From: Raja brachyura
Lineage: Eukaryota
Reading direction: 5' to 3'
Assembly (NCBI GenBank): GCA_963514005.1
Contig: OY740814.1
Span: forward strand, 13,516,001-13,580,000
DNA: 64,000 nt
Shown here: positions 51,348 through 62,792 of the stretch, one piece after another
How the letters are laid out: each line of letters starts with the position of its first letter
How positions within the stretch are numbered: the first letter of the stretch is position 1
Made by a program: the position numbers and the translations under genes
Notes under the pieces: generated by a model
Told to the model about the DNA's origin: nothing
The model's input: the letters and a program-made list of their open reading frames with translations, nothing else
Database searches by the model: none

Positions 51348-52596
51348 GTAAGTGATGAGCTGCACGTCACTTGGCTCAGAGACAGGAAGCCCACGAACAG
51401 CACGATCAGTTCTTAACAGTCCACTGTATAAAACATCCCACTCACTCCTGAGAACCTCTGGCCCATACTTGCCCAGAGTGCAGAAGCAGCAATTGCGTGG
51501 CACCGGAAGCCTTCAGACCATGCACTGCAAGCTCAGTGGGCGGCAGTAGCTCTTTGCTTCCCAAGGACCCGCCCAAGCCCTCTTGCCCTGAGAGAGAATC
51601 GGTGGTCCTCACATTGGCCTCAGCAGCAGTTCAGAAGGTTCAGAACCAGTGTGAAACTGGATAATCCTCTATACTAAGAGATGGCTACAGGAGAAATGTG
51701 GATAAATGTCAAACTCAGAGCTTCATACAGGAATAGGTTGGGGTTGAACAGGAAAACTAACCTCTCTAAGTAGGGAGTGTTTCTTTGGGGTGAAGACAAC
51801 AGAAGACAGTTTGGGGAAAATCTGACTTCAATTATGAGGGTGTCCCTGTGGAAATTATCTTGAAACTTTGACACCTTCACTGATGTGTTCAGGAGAATAT
51901 TCCTTGCACAAAATTTTGCAAAGCAATGTCTTCGACTGCTGCTCAACACCACCCCTAACAATGAGGTCTCCAAGCATGGCCTTGTTCAATGTGGAACACA
52001 TCCCTCATTCCAAATATTGATGATAATTCCACCATTGCCACCTGAGAAGAGGATTCAAAAATCTCAAACTCACCATGAAGCTCCTCACCCACTGGGTGAC
52101 AGTGATCACTGGCCTGCTCTAAGCTTCAGCAGCAGATAGCAGGCACCTTGAAACACTGGAGATATATCATTAATATCTTCATCATGACATCTTCCAAATC
52201 TGGTGGGAGAGAGAAACCATCACCGGTACTTTCTCCCAACCCAATCATCAGCTTTGAGCCTATGATCATTCTCAACCAGTTCGATCAGGGCAAAACATTT
52301 CCCCAGCAGAAACATGTACTCAAAACCCTCCAACCTTTTCAGTCACTGGTGGGAATCTCTGGCCTCAGGTTTTCAGATGGTACCAGCAACTTAGTCCCCA
52401 CCAATAGGCACTGCTATCACAGGAGTAAGTGCAGCAACCCCAAAACTAGTTAGCTTCTCCCCACACCTCCATTTCCTATTGGGAAGTCTGCAAGTCCCAT
52501 GTCAGTCCACCCCCTCAGACATGGGGCAAATTATTGAGTGAAAGGAACTGCCAGAGGAGGCATCACAAGCTCCAGGCACTCAAGTTTTTATCTCTT

Positions 52597-53165
52597 CATA
52601 GAGTTATACCATGTGGAAACAGGCCCTTCGGATCCAACTTGCCCACACAGGCCAACATGCCCCAGCTACACTAGTCTCACCTGCCTGCGCTTGGTCCATA
52701 TTCCTCCAAACTGTCCAATCCATGTACCTGTCCGACTGTTTCTTAAACGTTGGGATAGTCCCAGCCTCAACTACCTCCTCTGGCAGCATGTTCCATACAC
52801 CCACCACCCTTTGTGTGAAAAAATTACCCCTCAGATTCCTATTAAATCTTTTCCCCTGCACCTGAACCTATGTCCTCTGGTCCTCGATTCCCCTACTCTG
52901 GGGCAAGAGATTCTTTGCATCTACCTGATCTATTCCTCTCATGATTTTCTACACCTCTATAAGATTACCCCTCATCCTCCTGCATTTCAAGGAATCGAAA
53001 CCCAGCCTACTCAACCTCTCGCAATAGCTCAAACTCTCTAGTCCAGGCAACATCCTCGTAAATCTTCACTGAACCCTTTCAAGCTTGACTATATCTTTCC
53101 TATAACATGGTGCCCAGAACTGAACACAACTCTAAATGTGGTCTCACCAATGTCTTATACAACTC
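52597..53165 (-). mobile_element. CR1 LINE 3' fragment, same subfamily as about 7015-7450
   Basis: RFNRNLRGNFFTQRVVGVWNMLPEEVVEAGTI. Confidence 0.88.
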
Positions 53166-53606
53166 GCCAACGTCTTATACATACTCGTGAGGAATTTGGA
53201 AATATCAGGCATGTTAGGAGTAGGAAGTCATTTTATTTCTGTTGATATTCACACAGTAGTAACTTAAAACTTTCTTCCACAACTTCAGTTCAGGCTTATC
53301 CATCCTCCTATGCAGCAACAACCAGTACAGGGATTGAGTCCCCCTTGTCTAAAACAGCCCAATATCAGCAACTGTGAGGTACGACTGTTGTCTCTGAGGT
53401 GACTGTGTGGTGCTTTTTAGCGAGAGGTTCGAGCAGGGGGGTTGTGCAAGCAGGGTGGATGTGAGCAGTGTGGGTGTAAGTGGGAGTGGGGAATGAGCTC
53501 CATGGATGGGAATTAAGTGGGTGTGATTTCATGGGCATAAGATAAGTGTGAACTGTCAGCCGCTGCAGCCTTGTACATGATATTTCTTACTCTTTTAATT
53601 CTGCAG

Positions 53607-53859
53607 GAGTAAATTTGAATTCCTTCACAAAGGGCTGACTCCAGACTTGAGAATCACTATCACACCAACCAGAATTGGAATTCTCCTGGACTACGACACA
53701 GGAAAACTTTCCTTCTTCAATGTCGACATCTGTCAGCTCCTCTTCACCTTTTCACAGCAATTTCAGAATCTGGTCAATCCCTGTTTTGCTTTGGAAAGTT
53801 ATGGCATTTTAAAAGTCAGTCATAATATTCCCTTCCCCGAGTTTACAAAACTACTGTGA
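53607..53859 (+). CDS. FSD2: FSD2 last coding exon (SPRY C-half)
   Basis: ctgcag acceptor; [16 protein letters not shown]...PCFALE; TGA ends at 53859. Confidence 0.94.
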
Positions 53860-54533
53860 CATAATCCCGTTTCAGTCGCAGGTGCAATGTTGAGTTTTAG
53901 TTGAAAGGAAAGCCTTTAAAAATGCAAGTCTTTTCAATTTTTGCAACTGAGCCTCTTCCTTGTACAGAGGCTGAGATCCGAGTCACCACCAGAGGTGCTC
54001 ATTCACCACAAGAACCCAGTGAACTGCACTTCCCAGCTGTTGAAAATATATTGCACTCCTGTCCACCTCCTCTCCGTCCCTAATATTTTCTTTACTGTTA
54101 CTGCTCAGCTTGCCCAACTGCTCAGCAGCTCCCATCACAATGTTAACACAGAGGATTGGGTAACCAACAATGGCAATTGTCACAATTTAAATCCTGCTCC
54201 AGCAAATGTGTTGGGTGTATGGCTGACCACCCAGTCAGTTTATGAACTACAACAATCACAACTCACTATTGCAGCTACAGCAAAGTCTCTGAGTAAAAGC
54301 AGGTTTACTTCTGCTGAGTGTCATGTAATGATAAGGATGTACAAATTCAGCCCTAGTTATTCACAGCAGTATCCAATTGCAATGGACAGAACTATTCCAA
54401 TCATTTCCTCACTATCTGTGATTCCTGGTAATACTTAGCAATGAACCAAATCCGATTTATTAAACTGGGGCAAGTGTTCACATTTGGCCCTTTAGAAAGG
54501 GAATGTTGCTGATATTTCAGAGATCAGTCATAT

Positions 54534-56464
54534 AGGTAGGCTTCACAGCAACCGGGTCATGACCCATGACCCGTACTGTTGCTAGCTACTCCAACTGGAG
54601 TACACGCGATTAACTGCAAGTAAGTAGCAATGTTACAAAATTTTGAGATTTTAAAAATCAAGTCTGCAATTTATCCCATCAGATAAAGCATAACAAGAAG
54701 TTTAATTTGACACCTAATTTACTTTCATATCTTCAGTATTAAGAAAGTTATGGCCATTTTCATGCTCGGAAATGAGTATCTTGCTTCCCATTGCCTTTCA
54801 ATTGACTTAACTCAAAAGCTGTGATCTGGAAAAATTAAAAGCCCATAACTTTATTAAAAATTAAGAGAACTCAATGAAATTTTCAGTCATTATAGATTGA
54901 AGCATTCTGAAACAAATATTAAACAATCTTACTTGGATTACCTGAAATTAAAGTATATAATTAGTTAGTTATCTAATTGTAGCTAATTACAAAATTCAAT
55001 GAGTAGATCTAAACATCTATCAATTTCTTAAGAAAAGATAAACTTTTTTTTAATTGCCTAAGTGTCCAAATAACATTCACACAATAATCCACAATATAAC
55101 ATAATTTTTAAATCTCATTTTCATGAATTTCTGGGCCAAATGGAAGGAATTTAGTGTTCTATGCCTGTAAATAAATGGCCATTTAAATCAACTAGCGAGT
55201 GGGTTTTAGTGGAATGCGGTGGATTGGAACGTTGCGGTTAGCGGTGAAGTCGGGGGGGAAAATACTGGGGGTTCATACATTTTTTGGGGAACCCATTTCG
55301 CAACATTAAAATAGTATTTATGCCTCCCAAAAAACCAACTTTTAATAAAAAAATAAAGTATTTACCTTTTTTTCTCCCCTACGGAAAATGCTTCCGGTGG
55401 TCTGCGGTCACGGCTTTTAAAGGTGATTTTTAAATTACTCTAGTTAACAAATAACTTAGAGTAATTTAAAAATACCTTAATGGATGAAATGTCGGAGCGA
55501 TTTTTCTTCCGCAATTAAATCGCCCGACATTCATCGATTATCCTGGTCTGGTGAAAATCGGCACTTTAAGCCCGCCCCCCTCTGCAAGGCGCTAAAGTCG
55601 CGCACACGGGGAGCGGCAGAACTGCAGCGCCGCTAAAGGTAAGTTTTGTAACATACCTAAAGTAAGTACTTACCATTGTTTCCAGCGTAGCGGGCCCGTT
55701 AAAACCCGCCAAAATTGTCATTTTTTGTGCTGTAAATAATTATGGAAATTGGGATAAGTGTGAGAGACATTTAGCCTACTTCTGAATTCCAAAAGTGAGG
55801 AGAAATTACGGTAGATAGAAGCGAGAGCTGAAGGGACAACAACAGCTAAAGTGATTGGCGGACATTGGCTCACTGCATTTCATCAACTAAGGCATTATTT
55901 GTGTTTTTTCTTGATTCCTTTAGCATCTAAAAGGTTTCAGAAGTGATAAATCTGGCTGTACAATTTTAAAATCGCCCATGGTTCTCGTGGGTTTTTACAT
56001 ACAAAAGGAAAACGCCTCTGAAGCAAAATTTACAGCCAGATTTATCACTTCTGAGACTTTTTAGATAGCAAAGGAATCAAGAAAAACCACAAATATTGCC
56101 TCACTGTTGATGAAATGCAGTGAGCAAACGCGATAATTCCCAATATTTTCAATTCCGATATCTGCACAGCCAATGTTCACCAAGCACTTTAGCGGTTGTT
56201 GTTCCTTCAGCTCTCGCTTCTCTTTACCTTCATTTCGCTTCACTTTTGGAATTCTGAAGTTGGGTACATGTCTCTCACGCTTACCCCGACTTCCACAATT
56301 TTTTACAGCGCAAAAATTCAACATTTTGGCGTTTTTTAACAGGTAGGAAAGTACCCGTTTCTTGCATTAATAACATATACCGGAAGTTACGGATGTCCTC
56401 CAGATGGATTGAGCGGCTCCGTGCGTCAGCCCTATGACCCAGTGACCTTATGTGCAAACCCCCT
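54534..56464. mobile_element. Non-autonomous fold-back DNA transposon with two inverted THAP-domain remnants
   Basis: ORF 56061-56324(-) MLNFCAVKNC..FRIPK..RVCSLHF is a THAP C2CH finger; decayed inverted copy at about 55698-55966; AGG...CCT ends with related subterminal sequence. Confidence 0.75.
54625..55659. mobile_element. Nested non-autonomous TIR element (hAT-like) with 7-bp TSD
   Basis: TIRs tagcaatgttacaaaatt and (rc) taggtatgttacaaaact; TSD aagtaag at 54618-54624 and 55660-55666. Confidence 0.75.
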
Positions 56465-57809
56465 ACAGCTGAAACATTAACTGTTTCTCACACCCCAGAG
56501 GGTCCCTGACCTGCTGAGTGTTATTAATGGTTGATATCTGGAACACCGTGCCAGGAAGTGGTGAAATCAGATATGACCACTACGTTTAAGTGGCATTTAG
56601 ACAGGACCTTCAACAGGCAAGCCTGAGAGGGATATGAACTGGGATTGGTGTAGATGGGTAAAAACATCAACATGGAGTGAACAGAAAGGGCCATTGTGCT
56701 GTATAACTGATTCAATGACCTCCTGTCAGCATAAACTCAAAGGTTGGGATGTTGACTGATGATCTCACAATGGTAATTTCTATTTGCAGCTCCTTAGCAA
56801 ATGGAATAGGAATACTTTATTATTACATGTGACTCGGCACAGTGAGATTCTTTGCCTGCGTACACAATGTGTACAAATAGCAGCCACCTACGGCGCTGAC
56901 AAAGTTACAAAGCACGCCGGCTCCCACTTTTGTCCCCTCGACCTCTCTCATGGCGGTTCCCCCATGCAGGGTCTTCCATTGTTCTTCCCCCTCCTCAGGG
57001 TGATCCTCAACGCTCTCATCGCTGCTAATGCGAATCTTCACTACCGCCAAGGTCCCATAGTCGCGAGGCCTCACCGCTGTCGACGCCCCACTTCACGCCT
57101 CCGTGGTACCGACCAGGGTCCCAGCCACTTCACCCGACCAGGGCTTCTACCCACGAGGCCCCAGATTAAGGCCTCCGGCCGCGTTCCCAGTCCACAGCAG
57201 CGGCCTATCGGGAAGCCTTAAATGAAACATAGAACATAGTGGCAGGAGGAGGTAATTTGGCCCTACGAGCATGCACCACCATTCATTGTGGTCATGGCTG
57301 ATCATCCACAATCAGTAACCCGTGCCTGCCTTCTCCCTATATCCCTTGATTCCACTAGCCCTGAACAGAGCAAAAATAGAGAGCAAAAGACAAAGACAAG
57401 AAAAAGAATGAGCATACTAACAAGAAACTACACACAAAAAAATACTGCAGCGTATACTTAAGTCTTCAAAGTCAAGAGCAGGAAAATTATATTCAATAAA
57501 GAAAAAGTGGAGGCATTAAACAAATGTCGCCCTTTGCTAGAGAAGTCCAGAAACTGATAGGGAGCTGGGTGCACACTGGAGCCACAACAACCAGATTGTG
57601 ATCTATTGCTTGGAAATTTGGCACTGCCCGTCTCCTTTTCGACAAGACTTTATAAATATGGACTTTTAGATCAGTATTTTAACGTTTCTGATCATGCAGT
57701 AGAACATTTTCTGGAAGTAACAACTGACGTTACAGTGAGAGTTTCAGATGACAAGGCACAAAGTACCTCGGACTGAGGAACCAGGGCTCAGCTCTGCAAT
57801 TTTGAGTGA

Positions 57810-58280
57810 GTCATATAGTATGGGAACAGGCAACTCACCAATGCCAACCGAGATACCACCCTATGCTAGTACTATTTGCCTGCACTTGGCTCATGTCCGC
57901 CTTAGCATGTCCAATCTATGAACCTATCCAAATGTTTTCTAAATGTTGTAATTCTACCCATCTCTACCGCTTTTTCCGGCATCTCATTCCACATACCCTC
58001 ACACTCCATGCAATAAGCTTGCACTGTGGGCCCATTTAAATCTTTACCCTCTCACCTTCCATTTAAGTTCTCCAGTCCGAGACTCCCAATCCTGGGACAA
58101 AGTATGACCGTGCCAAGATTTCTAAAACTCTAGCAGGTCATCCCCACAGCCTCCTTCACTCAAAGGAAAATAGTCCCAGCACTATCCAATCTCTCTTTAT
58201 ATCTCAAACCTTGCAGTCCCAGCAAAGTTGTTGTGAATCTATTCTGCAGTGTCTCTAGCTTAATCACATCCTTCCTACAG
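57810..58280 (-). mobile_element. Old CR1 LINE 3' fragment
   Basis: Decayed CR1 3'-end sequence similar to other copies in the window. Confidence 0.6.
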
Positions 58281-59901
58281 TCATTGTTTTGCCCACTGTC
58301 CCATTTAATCTAAATTCCAATGTATCCTCACACAACTTTCCCTTTACCTTCTCTCTTGAGAACGTTTTGCAGGTGCTCAGAGACATCTTAGATCCTGGCA
58401 AACAAAGCAGAAGCACACCATCCTGGAGTCTCATATGTGGCTACAGTGAGAATACTGAACGGAGGAATCAGATCCGACATGGCAATAAAATCACTTCCCT
58501 GAAAAAGGGTCCCGACCCAAAACACCGCCAGCGTCTGGTACAACGGCAGCTAGCTGTATCTTTAGGACGTTCACAGTTTAAAGCTGATAATGCCTTGATG
58601 ACATATTAAACACAAACTTTTGTTCTTGCACTTTGAGCGATTATGAAGGAGGACATTGCATTGGTAAAAACAAAAACAAGGGCAGGAAATGCCGGTAAAT
58701 ATTTCATTACCTAAAAAGTAAAAAAATACCTAAAGGACACAATATAAATTGTTTACTCCTCTCATCTAGACTAAAATGCATTAATAAATTGTGAATAAGG
58801 CAAAACTGTGAGACGTTGCTGCCAGGGAAAGGTGCTGGCACATAACTCAGTGTGAAAGACATGACTTTAGAGGCCTGGGTGCTGTGGCTCATTTATAACA
58901 AGTTAAGAGGAAAAAGGTCATTGAGTGATACAGTCTAACTTCAACCCAACTTGCCCACACCAGCCAACATGTTCCAGCTACACTAGTCTCACTGGCCCCC
59001 GTTTGGTCCATATCCCTCTAAACCTGTTCATGTACCAGCCTAACTGTTTCTTAAATGTTGGGATAGTCGCTGCCTCAACTATTTCCAAAGGTAACCGTAT
59101 CAATGCTTGGAAAATTTGGAGTTTCAAGCACAATACAGATACTAACTCCCAGAAACAAACGGCTAAGCACAGATCGTCCTACACCGTGCCATGGAAAGGC
59201 TGCTGCTTTGATATTCTGCAGATCCATTGGGGAAAATACAAGGTCTGTACATCAACACATCAAAATCATGTCAATTTATGTTATTTGATAGAATGCTTTG
59301 GCTCTTTTAGTTATATAAATCCATAGAAAATATTAAACATCTAACAAAATAAATAAAGATTATCTAAATCATAATAGTTAATGATCACATTGGAAAAGTT
59401 TCTTTAAAACATTTATCCCAAGGTTCATATATATATACTTTTTACAAACTATAAACTGTTATCAGTAGTGCTCAGAAATGAGGGAGTGCTTCTTCCTACG
59501 ATCCGAAAGACAAGCAGGATACGGTTCCCTACACATCTAGGTCTCCGACAACATTTTGCATTCCTCAGTGGCAGTCTTGTTTAGTGCAGGTGATCAGACA
59601 ACCTTTGACCCAATGGGTTATGACAAGACCAGAGGTAGCCAACACTGGAAGGAGGTGAGACAGTCAGACTGAGCTTTGAAAATTGTGCAGCATATTTCTG
59701 CAGCAGTTGGTTTGATTTCTTCATTCTTGCTTGACAACTTGACACTGGCGCAGGATGAATGCTAATCCACAGTAAGAATCACAGCTGAGTAGGAGTGTGC
59801 ATCCCTGCTATCCCAGTCTCTCTAGGAGGATCGTTCTGGACAAGTCAGAGCAGAATGACAACTCATGGCCTAGTCACTGCTGACAGGAGGATGGAAAATA
59901 G

Positions 59902-59981
59902 TCAGTTATTTTCACTCAGTTTCTTCCAGTATTCAAAGTTCTTCTCTAGGTGATTTATCAGGTTAGGCAGGTCAGCAAACT
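59902..59981 (-). CDS. PDE8A: PDE8A-like last coding exon (EFADLPNLINHLEKNFEYWKKLSENN*)
   Basis: ctgcag acceptor, phase matches the previous exon; PDE8A vs PDE8B assigned by neighbourhood. Confidence 0.85.
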
Positions 59982-60823
59982 CTGCAGGCAGAGAGAAACA
60001 AGGTCAGGCAGTGGTGGCCAGGACAAAGCTATGTACAATAAACAGCTCAGTGTTAACCCAAGATGAAGAGGCTGCAGAGAGTACACTGTCACTTGGAGAC
60101 ATCCCAAAGCAGGCACTAAAAGTTCTCGGTGATCACTAATAAATGGAAGATTGAATAAAGAGGCGCAGCCTCAGCCAAACAGTGGAGTGTGGGGTGGGAT
60201 GAAGATTCTTTCATCCCAGGATGACATTTTCAGGTCCTACCCATCTGGCAGAAACACATTCAACGAGCAACAAAGCACTAGGGAAAAGAGTAAAATGAAA
60301 TTGGTGATTGGATGAGTTGTGGACATGGAGTGGTGGTGAGGCCAGCATCAGCTGGCTTGGCCTGTTGCTCATCTCAAGTTGATAGCTATGTGATGTGTCA
60401 TGTGCTGTAACAGCAGGTAGTGGCTAGAAGAGCCTGTGACACAAGTCTAGTTACTGCTTGACTGCACACATGCACCTACAGGCTGGAAATAGATTCATTG
60501 AACACCAATCTTTGTGCAGTGCAAGGCACAGTATACTCTCACGCCATTGTTTGACTCCACCATACACTCAATGGCTAAATGCATCAGTTGGTGAGAAGTT
60601 GTCATGAAGATGAGGTTTTTATCCCATCTTGTCTAGGTGGTCATCTCATAAAGGAATTCTTGCAACTAACAGTGTTTTGAAAGAGGATGGAAGTCAAAGG
60701 AAACAAAGGGATGAAATAAGAACAAAAGGTTTGCAAAGGCTTCAAATTGAATAATGGTCAAATACAGCTTGCAAATTATTACATAATTAGTAAAGTCTGT
60801 TCTGAAAATGTGCAGATACTTAC

Positions 60824-60953
60824 CATCCCAGGAACTAAGCATATCTGTTATAAAATAATCAATGAAAGAGACCTGACTCTTGGGGATGTTGCAGTTCTTT
60901 CTGTCAAACAGGGGCATTATCACAGGGAGGCCTTTTTCTTTCTCGTCGTCAGT
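60824..60953 (-). CDS. PDE8A: PDE8A-like penultimate exon ([38 protein letters not shown])
   Basis: tcacag/gtaagt boundaries, 130 nt; invariant purine-binding Gln retained. Confidence 0.87.
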
Positions 60954-62624
60954 CTGTGAAAGAGAGACCAGACCATTGAACAAAGGATTAACTAATGTAT
61001 AATGTCTAGTGTGTGAAAGAATACTATGGAGTATGCACAGCATTAATTAGTTCACCAATTGGTTGGAATGTGCCCTGGACCACATGTTTTCTATATAGGA
61101 GTTTGGTACTTGGAGCAAGGAAGTTGGAGGAACAAAAATGAAACATGGCCATGTGAATATACTATCTAGCATACCTGAGGTGGCATGTGATAAAGGATTG
61201 CACTGGACTTGTGTATGAAGTCTATATATCCTCTCAAGGCAAAACAAGGCAACACCTGCAAGTGAGATTAGACAATCTGGTTTGTAAAGTCATCCTTTGC
61301 TAGTTACAGGATTTTTACTTCTATTTCCAGTAATTAGTTGGAATAAATATGTCTGGTCATTCGATGAGGCAGCTGCTACCCCAACAGGAATTTTGTTTTC
61401 TTGACAGGAATCTTGTTTTCAAACAAAATAGATCTGAGGGGCTTTCTCTCAACTTGTTCCCCACAGGCACAGGAATGGAAAATAAGAACAGCTGAGTCCA
61501 CAAAATTCCCACATTTCTACAGAGCATCATGCATTGTGCAATTTGTCAGATCGGTTTTGAATCATCTCCTTGCTGTCCAGGTCAAAGGCCTTCTTAATTT
61601 TCATTTTTTAAAGGACCAGAAAAAAGCAAATGAAACAATGAAAAACGTTTGACCTGCAATCTTTTAAAATCACTTACTTCAAGGTGCCTCAAGATATTGT
61701 TCATTTTGACAGGAAAAATAAAATAATGTATTCTAAATGGGCCAGGGTCTGCAGAATTCTGGGTTGCAGAGGGATCTAGGGGTCTTAGACCAACACTTGT
61801 AAAATTCAAGAAGGTAAAAATCACAAATTAGGAAATCTAACAATTGTTATGGATCATTGTATGGTAAATTAAATACAAAGTAGAGAGGTTATGCCTCATT
61901 ATAAAGGACACTGGAGAGTCTACATCTGTAATCTGGATTTTCTTGCATTGGACATAGTTTGGAGAAGGTTTACTTGAGTGATGATTGGAATAAATGGATT
62001 GGAAGGCTAATCTTGCATCCAATGGATCTTAGAAGAGTGACAGGCAACTTGGTTGAAACATGCAAGTTCTGATGGGTACCAACAGACAGTGTTCAAAGCA
62101 CATTTCTTCTTGTGGGAGAATCAAAACTCGTCGTCACTGCTTAAAGCATTGCGATGGACACAAAGTCTTTGGATCTCTCCTCATAGGACGAAAGCAAAGT
62201 CTCTGAATATTATAGTAGAAGATGATAGATTCTTCATAAACAACAGGATGCAAGATCACTAGAGCAGGGAACACAGAATTGAAGTTACGCTAGGATCAGC
62301 CAATATCTTGCTGAGCAGTTGAGTGGATTTGAAGGTTAGCACCTGATTCTCCTCCAATACATGTGATTGCTTTGCAGAGGTAAAAGACTTGGCCAACAGT
62401 AGGTGATGTCAAACAGCATCAGATTACAGGACTCTTGAAGAGGCTGAATCGTGGGATGCAGGTGTGCCATTTGTGGAGGGGAAGGAGTGTTCAGGAAGAG
62501 AAGTTTTAAAAGGAACCAGACATTATTTTATGATTAAAATTTGTACTTGCCAAAACGGATCCTACTATTCTCAGTTCACTACAAAAAACAGGGAAAGTAT
62601 GAAATTAAAATTTCACTCCCACAC

Positions 62625-62792
62625 CTGATCAGCGTACTCCTTTGAAATACGATGTGCCCACTCAATATACAGCTTCAGCGGTCTGAAGGGATTGGAGACA
62701 TCAGCACATTTAATTAACATACGCATGATCAGAGTTCGGCTCTCAAGAGGGTTGATGGCAGATCTGGATGTACCAACATTGCTGGTGCCAAG
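62625..62792 (-). CDS. PDE8A: PDE8A-like catalytic-domain exon (RMLIKCADVSNP..IEWA.RIS.EY..Q)
   Basis: ttgcag/gtgtgg boundaries, 168 nt; PDE8 signature; the gene continues beyond the window end. Confidence 0.85.

Larger units (their letters stand above)
35506..53859 (+). other. FSD2: FSD2 gene (B-box/coiled-coil/2xFN3/SPRY; minispryn), 12 coding exons, about 790 aa
   Basis: FRFYHMDLYE motif, B-box, FN3 (VRWSLSADDTVEHYQL; YEFWVTATN), SPRY (VRGRHYWEVEV; [16 protein letters not shown]). Exons sum to 2373 nt in frame. Head-to-head with WHAMM as in mammals. Confidence 0.92.

Noticed and set aside
56061-56324. THAP ORF as a domesticated host THAP gene
   Set aside because: Embedded in a palindromic transposon, conserved Trp lost, and no downstream exons seen.
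53860-59900. SCARNA15/SNHG21 and remnants of AP3B2, CPEB1 or RPS17 expected from mammalian synteny
   Set aside because: No recognisable match by eye; an Infernal or tBLASTn search is needed to exclude them formally.
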